DNA of 64,000 nt from an uncultured Chlamydiae bacterium (GTDB lineage Bacteria; Chlamydiota; Chlamydiia; Chlamydiales; Parachlamydiaceae): positions 992,001 to 1,056,000 of the forward strand of contig CAVWGN010000001.1 in assembly GCA_963754655.1 (NCBI GenBank). The letters are read 5' to 3'. The notes under the pieces are model-generated. The model searched no databases, had not been told where the DNA came from, and saw only the letters and a list, made by a program, of their open reading frames with translations. Made by a program: the position numbers and the translations under genes. Positions 10,249-20,613 of this stretch are shown here, one piece after another (positions within the stretch are counted from its first letter, which is position 1; every line of letters begins with the position of its first letter).

Positions 10249-10965
10249 TTGATGTTAACGACAGTATTGCCGTCACAATTGCCTGCCAGCTTACTTGCCA
10301 GGCGGGATTTATTGCCAATTAAACCTCATGTCACCCAGCTGATCGGACGATATGTGTGGCTTGAGCCTCTGGTCCTATCACGTGATGCTCAACCTCTCTT
10401 TGAAGTGTCTAATGGTAGTCCCATTAGTTTAGGAGAGCGATCAATGAATGCCTATGATGCAGATGAATCAATTTGGCGTTATATGTTAGAGGGGCCCTTT
10501 GAAAGTCTAGCTACCTTTGAGAGAAGTTTAGAGGCTCAAGTGAATGCATTTAATGGACTTTGTTTATGTGTGTTTGATCGACCTTCAAGACGGCAGGTGG
10601 GAGTTGTCAATTTGATGAACAATTATCCGGATCATTTAAAGCTTGAATTAGGAGGAATTTGGTACAGTCCAATTGTTCAAAGAACGAAGGCCAATACAGA
10701 GGCTGCATTTTTGATGCTTTCACATACTTTTAATTTAGGATATCGCCGCTTAGAGTGGAAGAGCAATGCATTAAATGAACGTTCGCGTCGGGCTGCTTTA
10801 CGCATGGGTTTCCAGTTTGAAGGCATTCATGAAGGACATCTGATTATCAAAGGATGCAATCGTGATACAGCGTGGTTTCGAATATTAGAAAATGAATGGC
10901 CGCAAATAAAGAAGAAGCTCGAGCATTTCCTTTATTCCGAAGTAAAATCAATAGATGAAATTTAG
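10249..10965 (+). CDS. GNAT/RimJ-RimL family acetyltransferase
   Basis: LELGGIWY, LGYRRLEWK, NERSRRAALRMGF, NRDTAWF. Confidence 0.9.
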   Translation: MMLTTVLPSQLPASLLARRDLLPIKPHVTQLIGRYVWLEPLVLSRDAQPLFEVSNGSPISLGERSMNAYDADESIWRYMLEGPFESLATFERSLEAQVNAFNGLCLCVFDRPSRRQVGVVNLMNNYPDHLKLELGGIWYSPIVQRTKANTEAAFLMLSHTFNLGYRRLEWKSNALNERSRRAALRMGFQFEGIHEGHLIIKGCNRDTAWFRILENEWPQIKKKLEHFLYSEVKSIDEI

Positions 10966-10987
10966 TCTAGTACTCAACCACATTAGT

Positions 10988-12142
10988 TTATGGCTTCAGA
11001 ACAACTTTCAAGCAATCATCCTTTTTTTCGCAAAAAATATCATAGGCTTGTACAGCTTGATCCAATGGTAATACATGAGTAATGACATCATTTAAGGTCA
11101 CTTTTTTATCTTTAACTAAAGATAAAAGGTGATCAATATAGCGATGAACAGGTGCTTGCCCTGTGTAGAGGGAAATACCTTTATCAAAAATTTGTCCCAT
11201 GGGAAAATTGGCGTATGTTGTAGCATATACGCCCACAATGCTGACAACGCCTCCACGACGTACGGCGCTTACGCAATTATCTATGGCTTTGATTGTGCCT
11301 GCTTGTAAATGTGCAAGATTAGCAAACTTTTCTAAAATGTTGCGATCCGCTTCCATTCCAACAGCATCTACGCATACATCCGCGCCTCTTCCTCCTGTCA
11401 TTTCTCGAATGATCTCAACGATATTATCTTCTTTCAAATTAAATGTTTCTGAATTCGCAGTTTTGCGTGCAATTTTCAAGCGATAGTCAAGAATGTCAAT
11501 TCCAATCACTCGTCCAGCTCCTTTTAACCAGGCTGCTTTCTGTGCCATGATTCCGACTGGGCCACAGCCAAAGACTGCTACGGTTTCGCCGCCTTTAAGG
11601 TTTGCCCAGTCAATAGCCGACCAGCCTGTGGGAAAAATATCTGTTAAGAAAAGAACTTCTTCATCCTTAAGATCACCCTCAACTTTTCTAGGGCCTACAT
11701 CAGCATAGGGAACGCGTACATATTCTGATTGACCACCATTATAGCCTCCATAGATATCTGTATAGCCAAATAGCGCCCCTCCTTTTTGAGTGAGCAATCC
11801 TCCTTCTGGTCCATAATTATCATTGGAATTTTCACATTGGACAGGAAGTTGATGCTCACAAAAAAAACAATGTCCACAAGCAATGGGAAAGGGAACTACG
11901 ACACGATCGCCTTTTTTTAATTTTGTCACACCTTTGCCCACTTCTTCCACGATTCCCATGAATTCGTGGCCTAAAACCATATTTTTTAATTGAGGAATAA
12001 ATCCATTGTAAATATGAAGATCGGAGCCGCAAATAGCAGTAGAGGTTACTTTAAGAATGACATCGGTAGCTTCTTCAAGAATGGGATCGGCTACTTCTTC
12101 AACTTTTACTTTCTTGGGATGGTGAAAAACTAAAGCTTTCAT
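10988..12142 (-). CDS. Zinc-dependent alcohol/formaldehyde dehydrogenase family
   Basis: ICGSDLH, GHEFMG, CGHCFFC...C, GCGPVG motifs. Confidence 0.92.
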   Translation of the reverse strand: MKALVFHHPKKVKVEEVADPILEEATDVILKVTSTAICGSDLHIYNGFIPQLKNMVLGHEFMGIVEEVGKGVTKLKKGDRVVVPFPIACGHCFFCEHQLPVQCENSNDNYGPEGGLLTQKGGALFGYTDIYGGYNGGQSEYVRVPYADVGPRKVEGDLKDEEVLFLTDIFPTGWSAIDWANLKGGETVAVFGCGPVGIMAQKAAWLKGAGRVIGIDILDYRLKIARKTANSETFNLKEDNIVEIIREMTGGRGADVCVDAVGMEADRNILEKFANLAHLQAGTIKAIDNCVSAVRRGGVVSIVGVYATTYANFPMGQIFDKGISLYTGQAPVHRYIDHLLSLVKDKKVTLNDVITHVLPLDQAVQAYDIFCEKKDDCLKVVLKP

Positions 12143-12595
12143 AATTCTCCTCTATTTTCTTTATATCCATTTAAAGTTCGATTTAGATCTTTAACGAATA
12201 AGTGTCAAGATCTATTGTGGTATCACAATAATTTTGCCTATTGCTGTTGCTCAGACAAACTTCTAAGGCCAGCAAATGTTTTAATCAAAACACTCTAATA
12301 CTCCATTACCTTAGTTTTAGCCTATTGGGACTGCTTCAAAGCCCGAGGTTGGGATGAGAGGATTCTCTTGTAGTCCTTAAGACTACATGACGAGGGCTAG
12401 TCTAACTCATGGCGATTCCCTAGGCTATTTTTATTTGAAGCCTTTCAGGCTTTGAACATTGGACATTTTTAGAAGACCTCCTTCTATAACGATGCCTATT
12501 AAATAGTACATATTCCACAATCATTCTAGAGACGGTTAACAAAAAGATGTCCAATGTTTATAGCCTGAAAGGCTTCAAATAAAAATAGCCCAGGT

Positions 12596-12741
12596 CCGGG
12601 ACTTAACAAAGAACTGTTTTTGGGCTTGATATTCGTCGAGTCGATTTAACAACACACCGCCTTTAAAAGCCTTTAGAGGCATATTTCCCGAAAATGACGC
12701 GAAAAACATCAAGCCCAAAACAGTTCTTTGTTAAGTCCCGG
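12596..12741. mobile_element. Family B MITE (146 bp, about 34-bp terminal inverted repeats)
   Basis: CCGGGACTTAACAAAGAACTGTTTT...AAAACAGTTCTTTGTTAAGTCCCGG; three copies in window. Confidence 0.85.
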
Positions 12742-12798
12742 CCATATGCTAGGAACGAGATGCTTCTGGCAAACTCCAAAAGCTAAATTTGTCGCTCA

Positions 12799-13032
12799 AG
12801 CGGCGTTAGCCGCGCATGGATAGTAGCCGTGGGTGTAGGCGAAGCCGGAACCCACGGTGTATGGTAAAAAAAATGAAGCCACGTTAGTGGCGTAGGAAAT
12901 GTGATGGTGGAGCAATGTTTATTTAAACGAATGCTACGCCACTAACGTGGCTCAAATTTGTTTTGTGGGTAACCGTGGGTTTCGGCTTGCGCCTACACCC
13001 ACGGCTACTATCCATGCGCGGCTAACGCCGCT
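12799..13032. repeat. Family F GC-rich REPIN-like palindrome
   Basis: AGCGGCGTTAGCCGCGCATGGATAGTAGCCGTGGG... mirrored at the right end; inner GCCACGTTAGTGGCGTAG also mirrored. Confidence 0.8.
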
Positions 13033-13108
13033 CGTCGCTGAGGGAAAGGATATGGATCAAGCAAAATTGAAAAACAAAGATAAAAAATTCCGACTACCTA
13101 GCCATATG

Positions 13109-13254
13109 CCGGGACTTAACAAAGAACTGTTTTGGGCTTGATATTTTTCGCGTCATTTTCGAGAAATATGCCTCTAAAGCCTATTACAGGCATGGCGTTG
13201 TTAAATTGATACGAAGAATATCAAGCCCAAAAACAGTTCTTTGTTAAGTCCCGG
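13109..13254. mobile_element. Family B MITE, inverted relative to 12596-12741
   Basis: Same terminal repeats; internal sequence is approximately the reverse complement of the first copy. Confidence 0.85.
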
Positions 13255-13598
13255 CCCAGGGCATCGCCATGGGTTAGATTAGCCCTCGTCATGTAGTCTG
13301 AAGGACTACAAGAGAATCATTTCCTCCCAACCCGGGCTTTGAAGCAGTCCCAATAGGCAAAACTAATGTAAACGAGTACTAGCTGATTTATGAATAAAAT
13401 CGAAATCGATAAATTTTTTATTATCAAATTCAAGAAATTGTCATTTTTTAAATCTTAAGAACAGCTATTATTTTTATTCAAGAAAAGATCGAATTTAAAT
13501 AATTAATGGCAGTTGCTGTAAATTATAAATTAGATTTGATTGAAATGCTAAAAAGGTATAATTAAATATAATTTTAAATATGTGTTTTGGAGTGTATT

Positions 13599-14399
13599 AT
13601 GAATAGGTTAAGGTCTTACTCTTATGTTCAATCCTCTCATTAACTGAAATTGCACAAACTGGAGATCTAATTTGTACAATTCCAAGTTCTTTAGTCTATA
13701 CTATCGGGGTGGCGATTTTAAGTGTAGGTGCAGTCACTCTCACTGCTGGATTAGGTTTTTTGGCTGCCCCTATTATTGCAGCTAGTGTAGCTGTATTCCA
13801 AAATTATTCCATCCCTGCATTTTCTATCATAAGAGAAAACATTCCATTCACACTTGCTACACAACCTAAAAGAATATGGATTATTGCATCTATTGCTATA
13901 GCAATAATAGGCGCTTGTTTTTTGGCTATGCGTTATATCAAATGTAGAACTGACACTGAGATTGCAACCGAAACTATTTCTGCACAAAAGGAAAATTCAA
14001 TTGATTGGGATTCTGTAATAGAAATTGATATAGAATCGGATGCTAAATATCAACAGCAATTTGACAATTTCAAAAAACTTCTAAGCCACTCAACTATTGA
14101 CTTTTGTTCTTATAAAAAAATCTATGTGGCGTTTCTCCACGATAGTAACCTTAATATAGTTTTTGACGAAGAGTCTTATCATTATTCGTATGTGAAGCAA
14201 CTTCCTTGTCTTCCTGATGAAGCTCTTAATTTATATTGCAGAGGATGTTGCTAAAAGCAAACAAATTGAAGATTATTTTTACTTACTAAAAAATCCATTC
14301 AATATGGATAGCAAAATGATTTCCTACGGGGAATATCGCCAATCGATTCGACAAGGATGTTTTTCCTCTACAATCATTAATCGTCTATTTAACCATTAA
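13599..14399 (+). pseudogene. Frameshifted membrane protein gene, Inc-like hydrophobic pair
   Basis: SD GGAG plus ATG at 13599 stops after 14 codons; coding continues in another frame from about 13640 (ORF 13709-14254) and again in 14217-14399. Confidence 0.5.
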
Positions 14400-14743
14400 G
14401 CGAAGTTTGTTTTTTTTGCTTGTGAATAACACTTAATTGATATGGCTCCTCGGAAAATGTCCCTTTGATAGTTTCTGCGAATGTGCGGGCATCGAATTCT
14501 TTACTGGCTTCTAGGATTTTGGCATCAATTGGTTTACGTCGTGACATAGCTCCTCCAAATTTGAGGTATTCACTATGCCATATTAACCGATCCTCTATCA
14601 AAAAAAATTAGTTAACTCACATGATTTAGTTAAATGACCCTGAAGAAAAGATATAGTTAATAATTTTTTTTAAGGCTTGTTAAAAAATTTGAATTATTCT
14701 AAAATTAACATTTAAATAAATTACAACAATAAAGGAATAAATA

Positions 14744-16948
14744 ATGATTTCATCATTAGGGAAAAGACCTTTTGCTTCTTTAGAAGCTGAGCCGCAAAGA
14801 CAATATACTTATTCTCCATTCGATAATTTAGATGTTGTCTTCCACATTTTTTCACAGAAGTGTAGTGATTCAAAGGAACTTTCTGATCAAGACTTACTCG
14901 CTTTTGAGGGTGCATGTCATATGCATCGAACGCTAACAACATCAGTTTGGTATCGTTTAAGACAAAAAAACTTTTTTAGCATCGATTGGATGGTTTGCGG
15001 AGAAGATCATAGAAAAAATTATTTTTTATCTAAAGCCATTGTCACCTATATTCAACATTTACCAATAAAAGGTCGTAATACATGCAAATCAGTTATCAAA
15101 AAATTCTCTACTATTTGTAATCAATTTCCAGTATTTCAATCTTTTATTGACCTAACTTTATTATCGACCGAAAACCTTAATATTCCTAAAGAATTAGCTA
15201 AACAATTAAAACAAGAAAAAATTTTAGATACAATCCAAGAAGTGTATCATTTTGCATTACTTGCCACTTTTCGGAAAGGAGAAAAGGACCAACCGCAGAA
15301 AGTGTTAAATTCACAATACGAGTTAATGAAGAATAAAGTTGATAGCTTAATTGACCTTAACACTACTTTTATTAATAGATGTGTTATTAAGATTTTTGAA
15401 CGTTATTTTTTAGTAAATAAACACCGAGACTTTCTTGTTCAATTAGTAATTAAAGCAGATGAAAAAGGGGATTATTCAGGATTTCAAGAGTTAAGGAGAC
15501 TAGGAATTGATTTATACCCAAGTGATTTTCAGGAGATAGAACAGGAGTTAAACGCCGATTCTAATCCTCTTATTTTAGCCCAAGAATTTATAAACTTACA
15601 ATATCAAGCAAAATTAAAGGTAGAAAAAAACAAAAAATGCCCTTATTTATATTTGATTAATATTTGTGAGCAGGATAAGACACAGGAAGATGAGTGTATT
15701 GAAAGTCAAAAACTTTTTTTAAAATTAAAAGAACATTATGATAAAGAGATAATGCCTCCAGATCTTTTAATTGCAGTGCTTCAATTTCAACTTAAAGTAC
15801 AAAATTGGGAAGAAGCAGACAAATATTTATCTCAAATTCTTAATGAACAAAATAACTCTAATCCACATTTAATCTGGTTAGCGGCTAAACTTAAAGTCAA
15901 ACTTAATCAAAATGAAAAAGCCAATGATTATTATAATCAATTGAGCGGAAAAAAGCAGTCAAAATTTTATAATAAAATATTTTTTGAAAGCCTTAAAGTT
16001 AAAATTTTGCTAGAAAAATTTCAAGAAGCGGATAAAGAGCTTAAGAATTTCTTTAGTACAATCCGAGATTCCATTAAGGTTACTACTCGTTCTTGTGTTT
16101 TTAATGGTGGTTATTGTTTTATTACCGATTACAGTTCTTCAATAGATCCAATTCAAGATTGTATTAATTTAAAATATCATGTCAAAGACGAGAAAGGAGC
16201 AAAGTGGTTTGAAACCCTTGCTTTGCTTGCAAATCTTAATCAGTACAATAACCAGCAGGCCTGCCAAGAAGCAAACCAGCATTTTACAGAAGACTTCTAT
16301 CGAGCAGAATATCAAATTCCCCGTGAGCTTTTAGAAAAATTAGCTCAGATTAAAATGGAATTACAAGAATACAATGCTGCAGAATTTCTTTATGATCTTT
16401 ATTTTTCTCCTAAAAAGACTAAAAAAAATGATCCGGATATCGGATTTTTTAGAAATCATGGTGAGTATATAAATTATGCAGCGTTGAAATATCAAGCGGA
16501 AAAATGGACAGAGGCTGAAAAGCTTTACACTCAAATCTTCTATGATCGCCACAATTACTTTTGTAATTCTAACTCCGAGGCGTTAGAAAAATTTGCTCAT
16601 ACTAAGCTTAACCTTGAGAAATGGGAAGAAGCCGAACACCTTTACAGCATCCTTTTGCAGGATATGAGGCATGCTAATCCTTTAGCTGTCTATCTTAATT
16701 ATGCTCATGTTTGTCTTCAATTAAACAAATATGAACGGGCTTTAGAAATGTATCAATGTGCTCAATCTTTTTTTCCTCAACACGTTGATGCAAGAGTGGA
16801 CGCAGATATTGCTTATACTTTAATGAGTTTAGAAAGATTTGGAGAGGCGAATGATTTTTATAATAAAGCGATTCTACTCTATGGAGATCAACCACCAGAG
16901 CATGTTTTAGAAGAAGCAGCCATTGTGAGATCAAAGCTAGGTCTGTGA
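14744..16948 (+). CDS. F-box-like/TPR repeat protein, copy 1
   Basis: C-terminal TPRs (YLNYAHVCLQLNKYERALEMYQCA); N-terminal DVVFHIFS...DLLAFEGACH weak F-box-like pattern. Confidence 0.8.
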   Translation: MISSLGKRPFASLEAEPQRQYTYSPFDNLDVVFHIFSQKCSDSKELSDQDLLAFEGACHMHRTLTTSVWYRLRQKNFFSIDWMVCGEDHRKNYFLSKAIVTYIQHLPIKGRNTCKSVIKKFSTICNQFPVFQSFIDLTLLSTENLNIPKELAKQLKQEKILDTIQEVYHFALLATFRKGEKDQPQKVLNSQYELMKNKVDSLIDLNTTFINRCVIKIFERYFLVNKHRDFLVQLVIKADEKGDYSGFQELRRLGIDLYPSDFQEIEQELNADSNPLILAQEFINLQYQAKLKVEKNKKCPYLYLINICEQDKTQEDECIESQKLFLKLKEHYDKEIMPPDLLIAVLQFQLKVQNWEEADKYLSQILNEQNNSNPHLIWLAAKLKVKLNQNEKANDYYNQLSGKKQSKFYNKIFFESLKVKILLEKFQEADKELKNFFSTIRDSIKVTTRSCVFNGGYCFITDYSSSIDPIQDCINLKYHVKDEKGAKWFETLALLANLNQYNNQQACQEANQHFTEDFYRAEYQIPRELLEKLAQIKMELQEYNAAEFLYDLYFSPKKTKKNDPDIGFFRNHGEYINYAALKYQAEKWTEAEKLYTQIFYDRHNYFCNSNSEALEKFAHTKLNLEKWEEAEHLYSILLQDMRHANPLAVYLNYAHVCLQLNKYERALEMYQCAQSFFPQHVDARVDADIAYTLMSLERFGEANDFYNKAILLYGDQPPEHVLEEAAIVRSKLGL

Positions 16949-16962
16949 AATTAAATTGAAAT

Positions 16963-17007
16963 AGAGAGGCGGCAGTTTCGTTTTATCACAGAGATTGCCG
17001 CCTCTCT
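16963..17007. terminator. Stem-loop after TPR gene 1
   Basis: AGAGAGGCGGCAG...TTGCCGCCTCTCT inverted repeat 15 bp after the stop. Confidence 0.6.
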
Positions 17008-17324
17008 TGTCTCTAAGACACTTAGCTTAGGCTGGAATGTCATGCAGTCTGAAAGGCTACAGGTGTCAAATTTTTTTTATTAAAAACACTCTGGATTTTG
17101 AGCCATCAGTTAAAAGAACCTCTTTTAAAAAGCCCACTTAATTTAAATTAGAAGGAAAAGCGTTCTAATAATTAGTTGTTAAATATTTTTTTGTTTTCTC
17201 ATCCCTGTCTTGGCTTGAATTGGCGTAAAGCGGATCCATATTACCACAATCATTTTAGAGACGGTTAACAAAAAAATGTCCAGTGTTCAGAGCCTGAAAG
17301 GCTTCAAATAAAAATAGCCCTGGG

Positions 17325-17469
17325 CCGGGACTTAACAAAGAACTGTTTTGGGCTTGATGTTTTTCGCGTCATTTCCGAGAAATATGCCCCTAAAGCCTGT
17401 TACAGGCCTGGTGTTGTTAAATTGACGCGATGAATATCAAGCCCAAAACAGTTCTTTGTTAAGTCCCGG
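17325..17469. mobile_element. Family B MITE with 7-bp direct repeat CCCTGGG
   Basis: CCCTGGG at 17318-17324 and 17470-17476. Confidence 0.85.
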
Positions 17470-17480
17470 CCCTGGGCTAG

Positions 17481-17950
17481 GGTGTTCATTTTGTGCAAAA
17501 AATGATCTTTATTTTCACAATAATTGGCATAGTTGAATTGAAGGTCGCATGTTTATGCCGTCCTTTCAGGACTCGATGTCTTTTTGATAGAACCCAGGCC
17601 TCCGCTTCGCTGCGACCTGGGCTGTAACATGACGGCCCTTCAGGCCTTAACAAGAGAGGTTTAAGTCCCTCTTCTATAGTACTTAAATCATCTTTTTGTT
17701 AAAGCCTGAAGAGCCGGCCCTTCAGGCCTTAACAAGAGATGTTTAAGTTCCTCTTCTATAGTCCCTAAATCATCTTTTTGTTAAGGCCTGAAGGGCCGTC
17801 ATGTTACAGCCCAGGTCGCAGCGAAGCGGAGGCCTGGGTTCTATCAAAAAGACATCGAGTCCTGAAAGGACGGCATAAACATGCGACCTCCAATTCAACT
17901 ATGCCAATTATTGTGAAAATAAAGCTCATTTTTTGCACAAAATGAACACC
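17481..17950. mobile_element. Family C palindrome enclosing D (17526-17905), whose centre is tandemly duplicated
   Basis: GGTGTTCATTTTGTGCAAAAAATGA...TCATTTTTTGCACAAAATGAACACC flanked by CTAG/CTAA. Confidence 0.85.
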
Positions 17951-18312
17951 CTAACCCAGGCAGGGCATCGCCCTGGTTAGATTAGCCTCGCCATGTAGTC
18001 TGAAGGACTACAAGAGAATCATCTCATCCCAACCCAGGGCCTGTGAAGCAATCCCAATAGGCAAAACTAGTGGTTGAGTACTAGGGCCGGTAAATCTTTT
18101 TAATTAAAACATCTGGGGTGATTTATGAATAAAATAGGAACTATAAATTTTATTATCAAATGCAAGAAATTGTCATTTTTCGAATCTTAAGAAAAACTAC
18201 TATTTGCATTAAAAAAAAAGATAAAACTAAAAAAAAATTTAACAGTTGTTAAAAAATTTGAATTATTCTAAGATTAACCTTTAAATAAAATGCCATAATA
18301 AAGGAATAAATA

Positions 18313-20523
18313 ATGATTTCATCATTAGGGAAAAGACCTTTTGCTTCTTTAGAAGCTGAGCCGCAAAGACAATATACTTATTCTCGATTCGATAATTTAG
18401 ATGTTGTCTTTCACATTTTTTCACAGAAGTGTAGTGATTCAAAGGAACTTTCTGATCAAGACTTACTCGCTTTTGAAGGTGCATGTCATATGCATCGAAC
18501 GCTAACAACATCAGTTTGGTACCAATTAAGACGAAAAAACTTTTTTAACATCGATTGGGTTGTTTGTGGAACAGATCATAAAAAAAATTATTTTTTATCT
18601 AAATCCGTTGTCACCTATATTCAACATTTACCTATAAAAGGTCGTAATACAAGGAAAACAATCATCAAAAAATTCTCTACTATTTGTAATCAATTTCCAA
18701 TATTTCAATCTTTTATTGACCTGACTTTATTATCGACCGAAAACCTTAATATTCCTAAAGAATTAGCTAAACAATTAAAACAAGAAAAAATTTTAGATAC
18801 AATCCAAGAAGTGTATCATTTTGCATTACTTGCCACTTTTCGGAAAGGAGAAAAGGACCAACCGAAGAAAGTGTTAAATTCACAATACGAGTTAATGGAG
18901 AAAAAGGTTGAGAGCTTAATTAACCTTAACGCTACTTTTATTAATAGATGTGTTATTAAAATTTTTGAACGTTATTTTTTAATAAATAAATATGAAGATT
19001 TTATTATTAAATTAGTACGTCAAGCAGATGCAAAAGGGGATTATTCAGGATATCAAGAGTTAAGGCGACTACGGATTAATTTACAGACAAGTGATTTTCA
19101 GGAGATAGAGCAAGAGTTAAACGCTGATTCTAATCCTCTTATTTTAGCCCAAGAATTTATAAACTTACAACCTCGAGCGAGATTAAGGGTAGAAAAAAAC
19201 AAAAAGGATCTTTATTTATATTGGATTGATATTTGTGACCAGGACCCTATGCCCCAGGAAGATAGGTGTATTGAAAGTCAAAAACTGTTTTTAAAATTAA
19301 AAGAACATTATGATAAAGAGATAATGCCTCCAGATCTTTTAATGGCAGTGGTTCAATTTCAACTTAAAGTACAAAATTGGGAAGAAGCAGACAAATATTT
19401 ATCTCAAATTCTTAATGAACACAATAACTCTAATCCACATTTAATCTGGTTATCGGCTAAACTTAAAGTCAAACTTAATCAAAATGAAAAAGCCAATGAT
19501 TATTATAATCAATTGATCGGAAAAAAGCAGTCAAAATTTTATAATAAAATATTTTTTGAAAGTCTTAAAGTTAAAATTTTGCTAGAAAAATTTCAAGAAG
19601 CGGATAAAGAGCTTAAAAATTTCTTTAGTACAATCCGAGATTTTGTTGAGCTTACTAGTCGCCCTTATTTTTCTAATGGCGTTCATGGTTTTATTTGCGA
19701 TTATAGTTCTTCAATGGATCCAATTCAAGATTGTATTAATTTAAAATATCATGTCAAAGACGAGAAAGGAGCAAAGTGGTTTGAAACCCTTGTTTTGCTT
19801 GCAAAGCTTAATGAGTACAATAATTGGCAGGCCTGCCAAGAAGCAAACCAGCATTTTACGGAAGACTTCTATCGAGCAGAATATCAAATTCCCCATAAGC
19901 TTTTAAAAAAATTAGCTCAGATTAAAATGAAATTACAAGAAGACAAAGCTGCAGAATTTCTTTATGATCTTTATTTTTCTTCTAAAAAGACTAAAAAAAA
20001 TGATCAGGATAGCGGATTTTTTGGAGATCATAGTGAGTATATAAGTTATGCAGCGTTGAAATATCAAGCGGAAAAATGGGAAGAGGCTGAAAAGCTTTAC
20101 ACTCAAATCTTCTATGATCGCCACAATGACTTTTGTAATTATAGCTCCGATGCGTTAGAAAAATTTGCTCATACTAAGCTTAACCTTGAGAAATGGGAAG
20201 AAGCCGAACACCTTTACAGCATCCTTTTGCAGGATATGGAGGGTGCTAATCCTTTAGCTGTCTATCTTAATTATGCTCATGTTTGTCTTCAATTAAACAA
20301 ATATGAACGGGCTTTAGAAATGTATCAATGTGCTCAATCTTTTTCTCCTCAACACGTTGATGCAAGAGTGGACGCAGATATTGCTTATACTTTAATGAAT
20401 TTAGAAAGATTTAGAGAGGCGAATGATTTTTATAATAAAGCGATTCTACTCTATGGAGATCAACAACCACCAGAACATGTTTTAGAAGAAGCAGCCATTG
20501 TGAGATCAAAGCTAGGTCTGTGA
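18313..20523 (+). CDS. F-box-like/TPR repeat protein, copy 2
   Basis: Closely similar to 14744-16948 over its full length. Confidence 0.8.
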   Translation: MISSLGKRPFASLEAEPQRQYTYSRFDNLDVVFHIFSQKCSDSKELSDQDLLAFEGACHMHRTLTTSVWYQLRRKNFFNIDWVVCGTDHKKNYFLSKSVVTYIQHLPIKGRNTRKTIIKKFSTICNQFPIFQSFIDLTLLSTENLNIPKELAKQLKQEKILDTIQEVYHFALLATFRKGEKDQPKKVLNSQYELMEKKVESLINLNATFINRCVIKIFERYFLINKYEDFIIKLVRQADAKGDYSGYQELRRLRINLQTSDFQEIEQELNADSNPLILAQEFINLQPRARLRVEKNKKDLYLYWIDICDQDPMPQEDRCIESQKLFLKLKEHYDKEIMPPDLLMAVVQFQLKVQNWEEADKYLSQILNEHNNSNPHLIWLSAKLKVKLNQNEKANDYYNQLIGKKQSKFYNKIFFESLKVKILLEKFQEADKELKNFFSTIRDFVELTSRPYFSNGVHGFICDYSSSMDPIQDCINLKYHVKDEKGAKWFETLVLLAKLNEYNNWQACQEANQHFTEDFYRAEYQIPHKLLKKLAQIKMKLQEDKAAEFLYDLYFSSKKTKKNDQDSGFFGDHSEYISYAALKYQAEKWEEAEKLYTQIFYDRHNDFCNYSSDALEKFAHTKLNLEKWEEAEHLYSILLQDMEGANPLAVYLNYAHVCLQLNKYERALEMYQCAQSFSPQHVDARVDADIAYTLMNLERFREANDFYNKAILLYGDQQPPEHVLEEAAIVRSKLGL

Positions 20524-20539
20524 AATTAAATTGAAATAG

Positions 20540-20580
20540 AGAGGCGGCAGTTTCGTTTTATCACAGAGATTGCCGCCTCT
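20540..20580. terminator. Stem-loop between convergent genes
   Basis: Duplicate of the 16963 hairpin. Confidence 0.6.
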
Positions 20581-20613
20581 TGTCTCCAAGACATTAGTCT
20601 ACCTTATTTATTA

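Larger units (their letters stand above)
12299..13378. mobile_element. Family A palindromic MITE-like element carrying a nested B-F-B composite
   Basis: Ends TACTC...GAGTA flanked by CTAA/CTAG; long inverted arms matching 42464-42890. Confidence 0.85.
17240..18080. mobile_element. Left-truncated family A element containing B and C/D
   Basis: A core and right arm ending GAGTA-CTAG; B at 17325-17469; C at 17481-17950; left boundary approximate. Confidence 0.8.

Noticed and set aside
12947..13141. 64-aa ORF
   Set aside because: Runs across palindrome F, cargo DNA and MITE B, so it is a chance fusion
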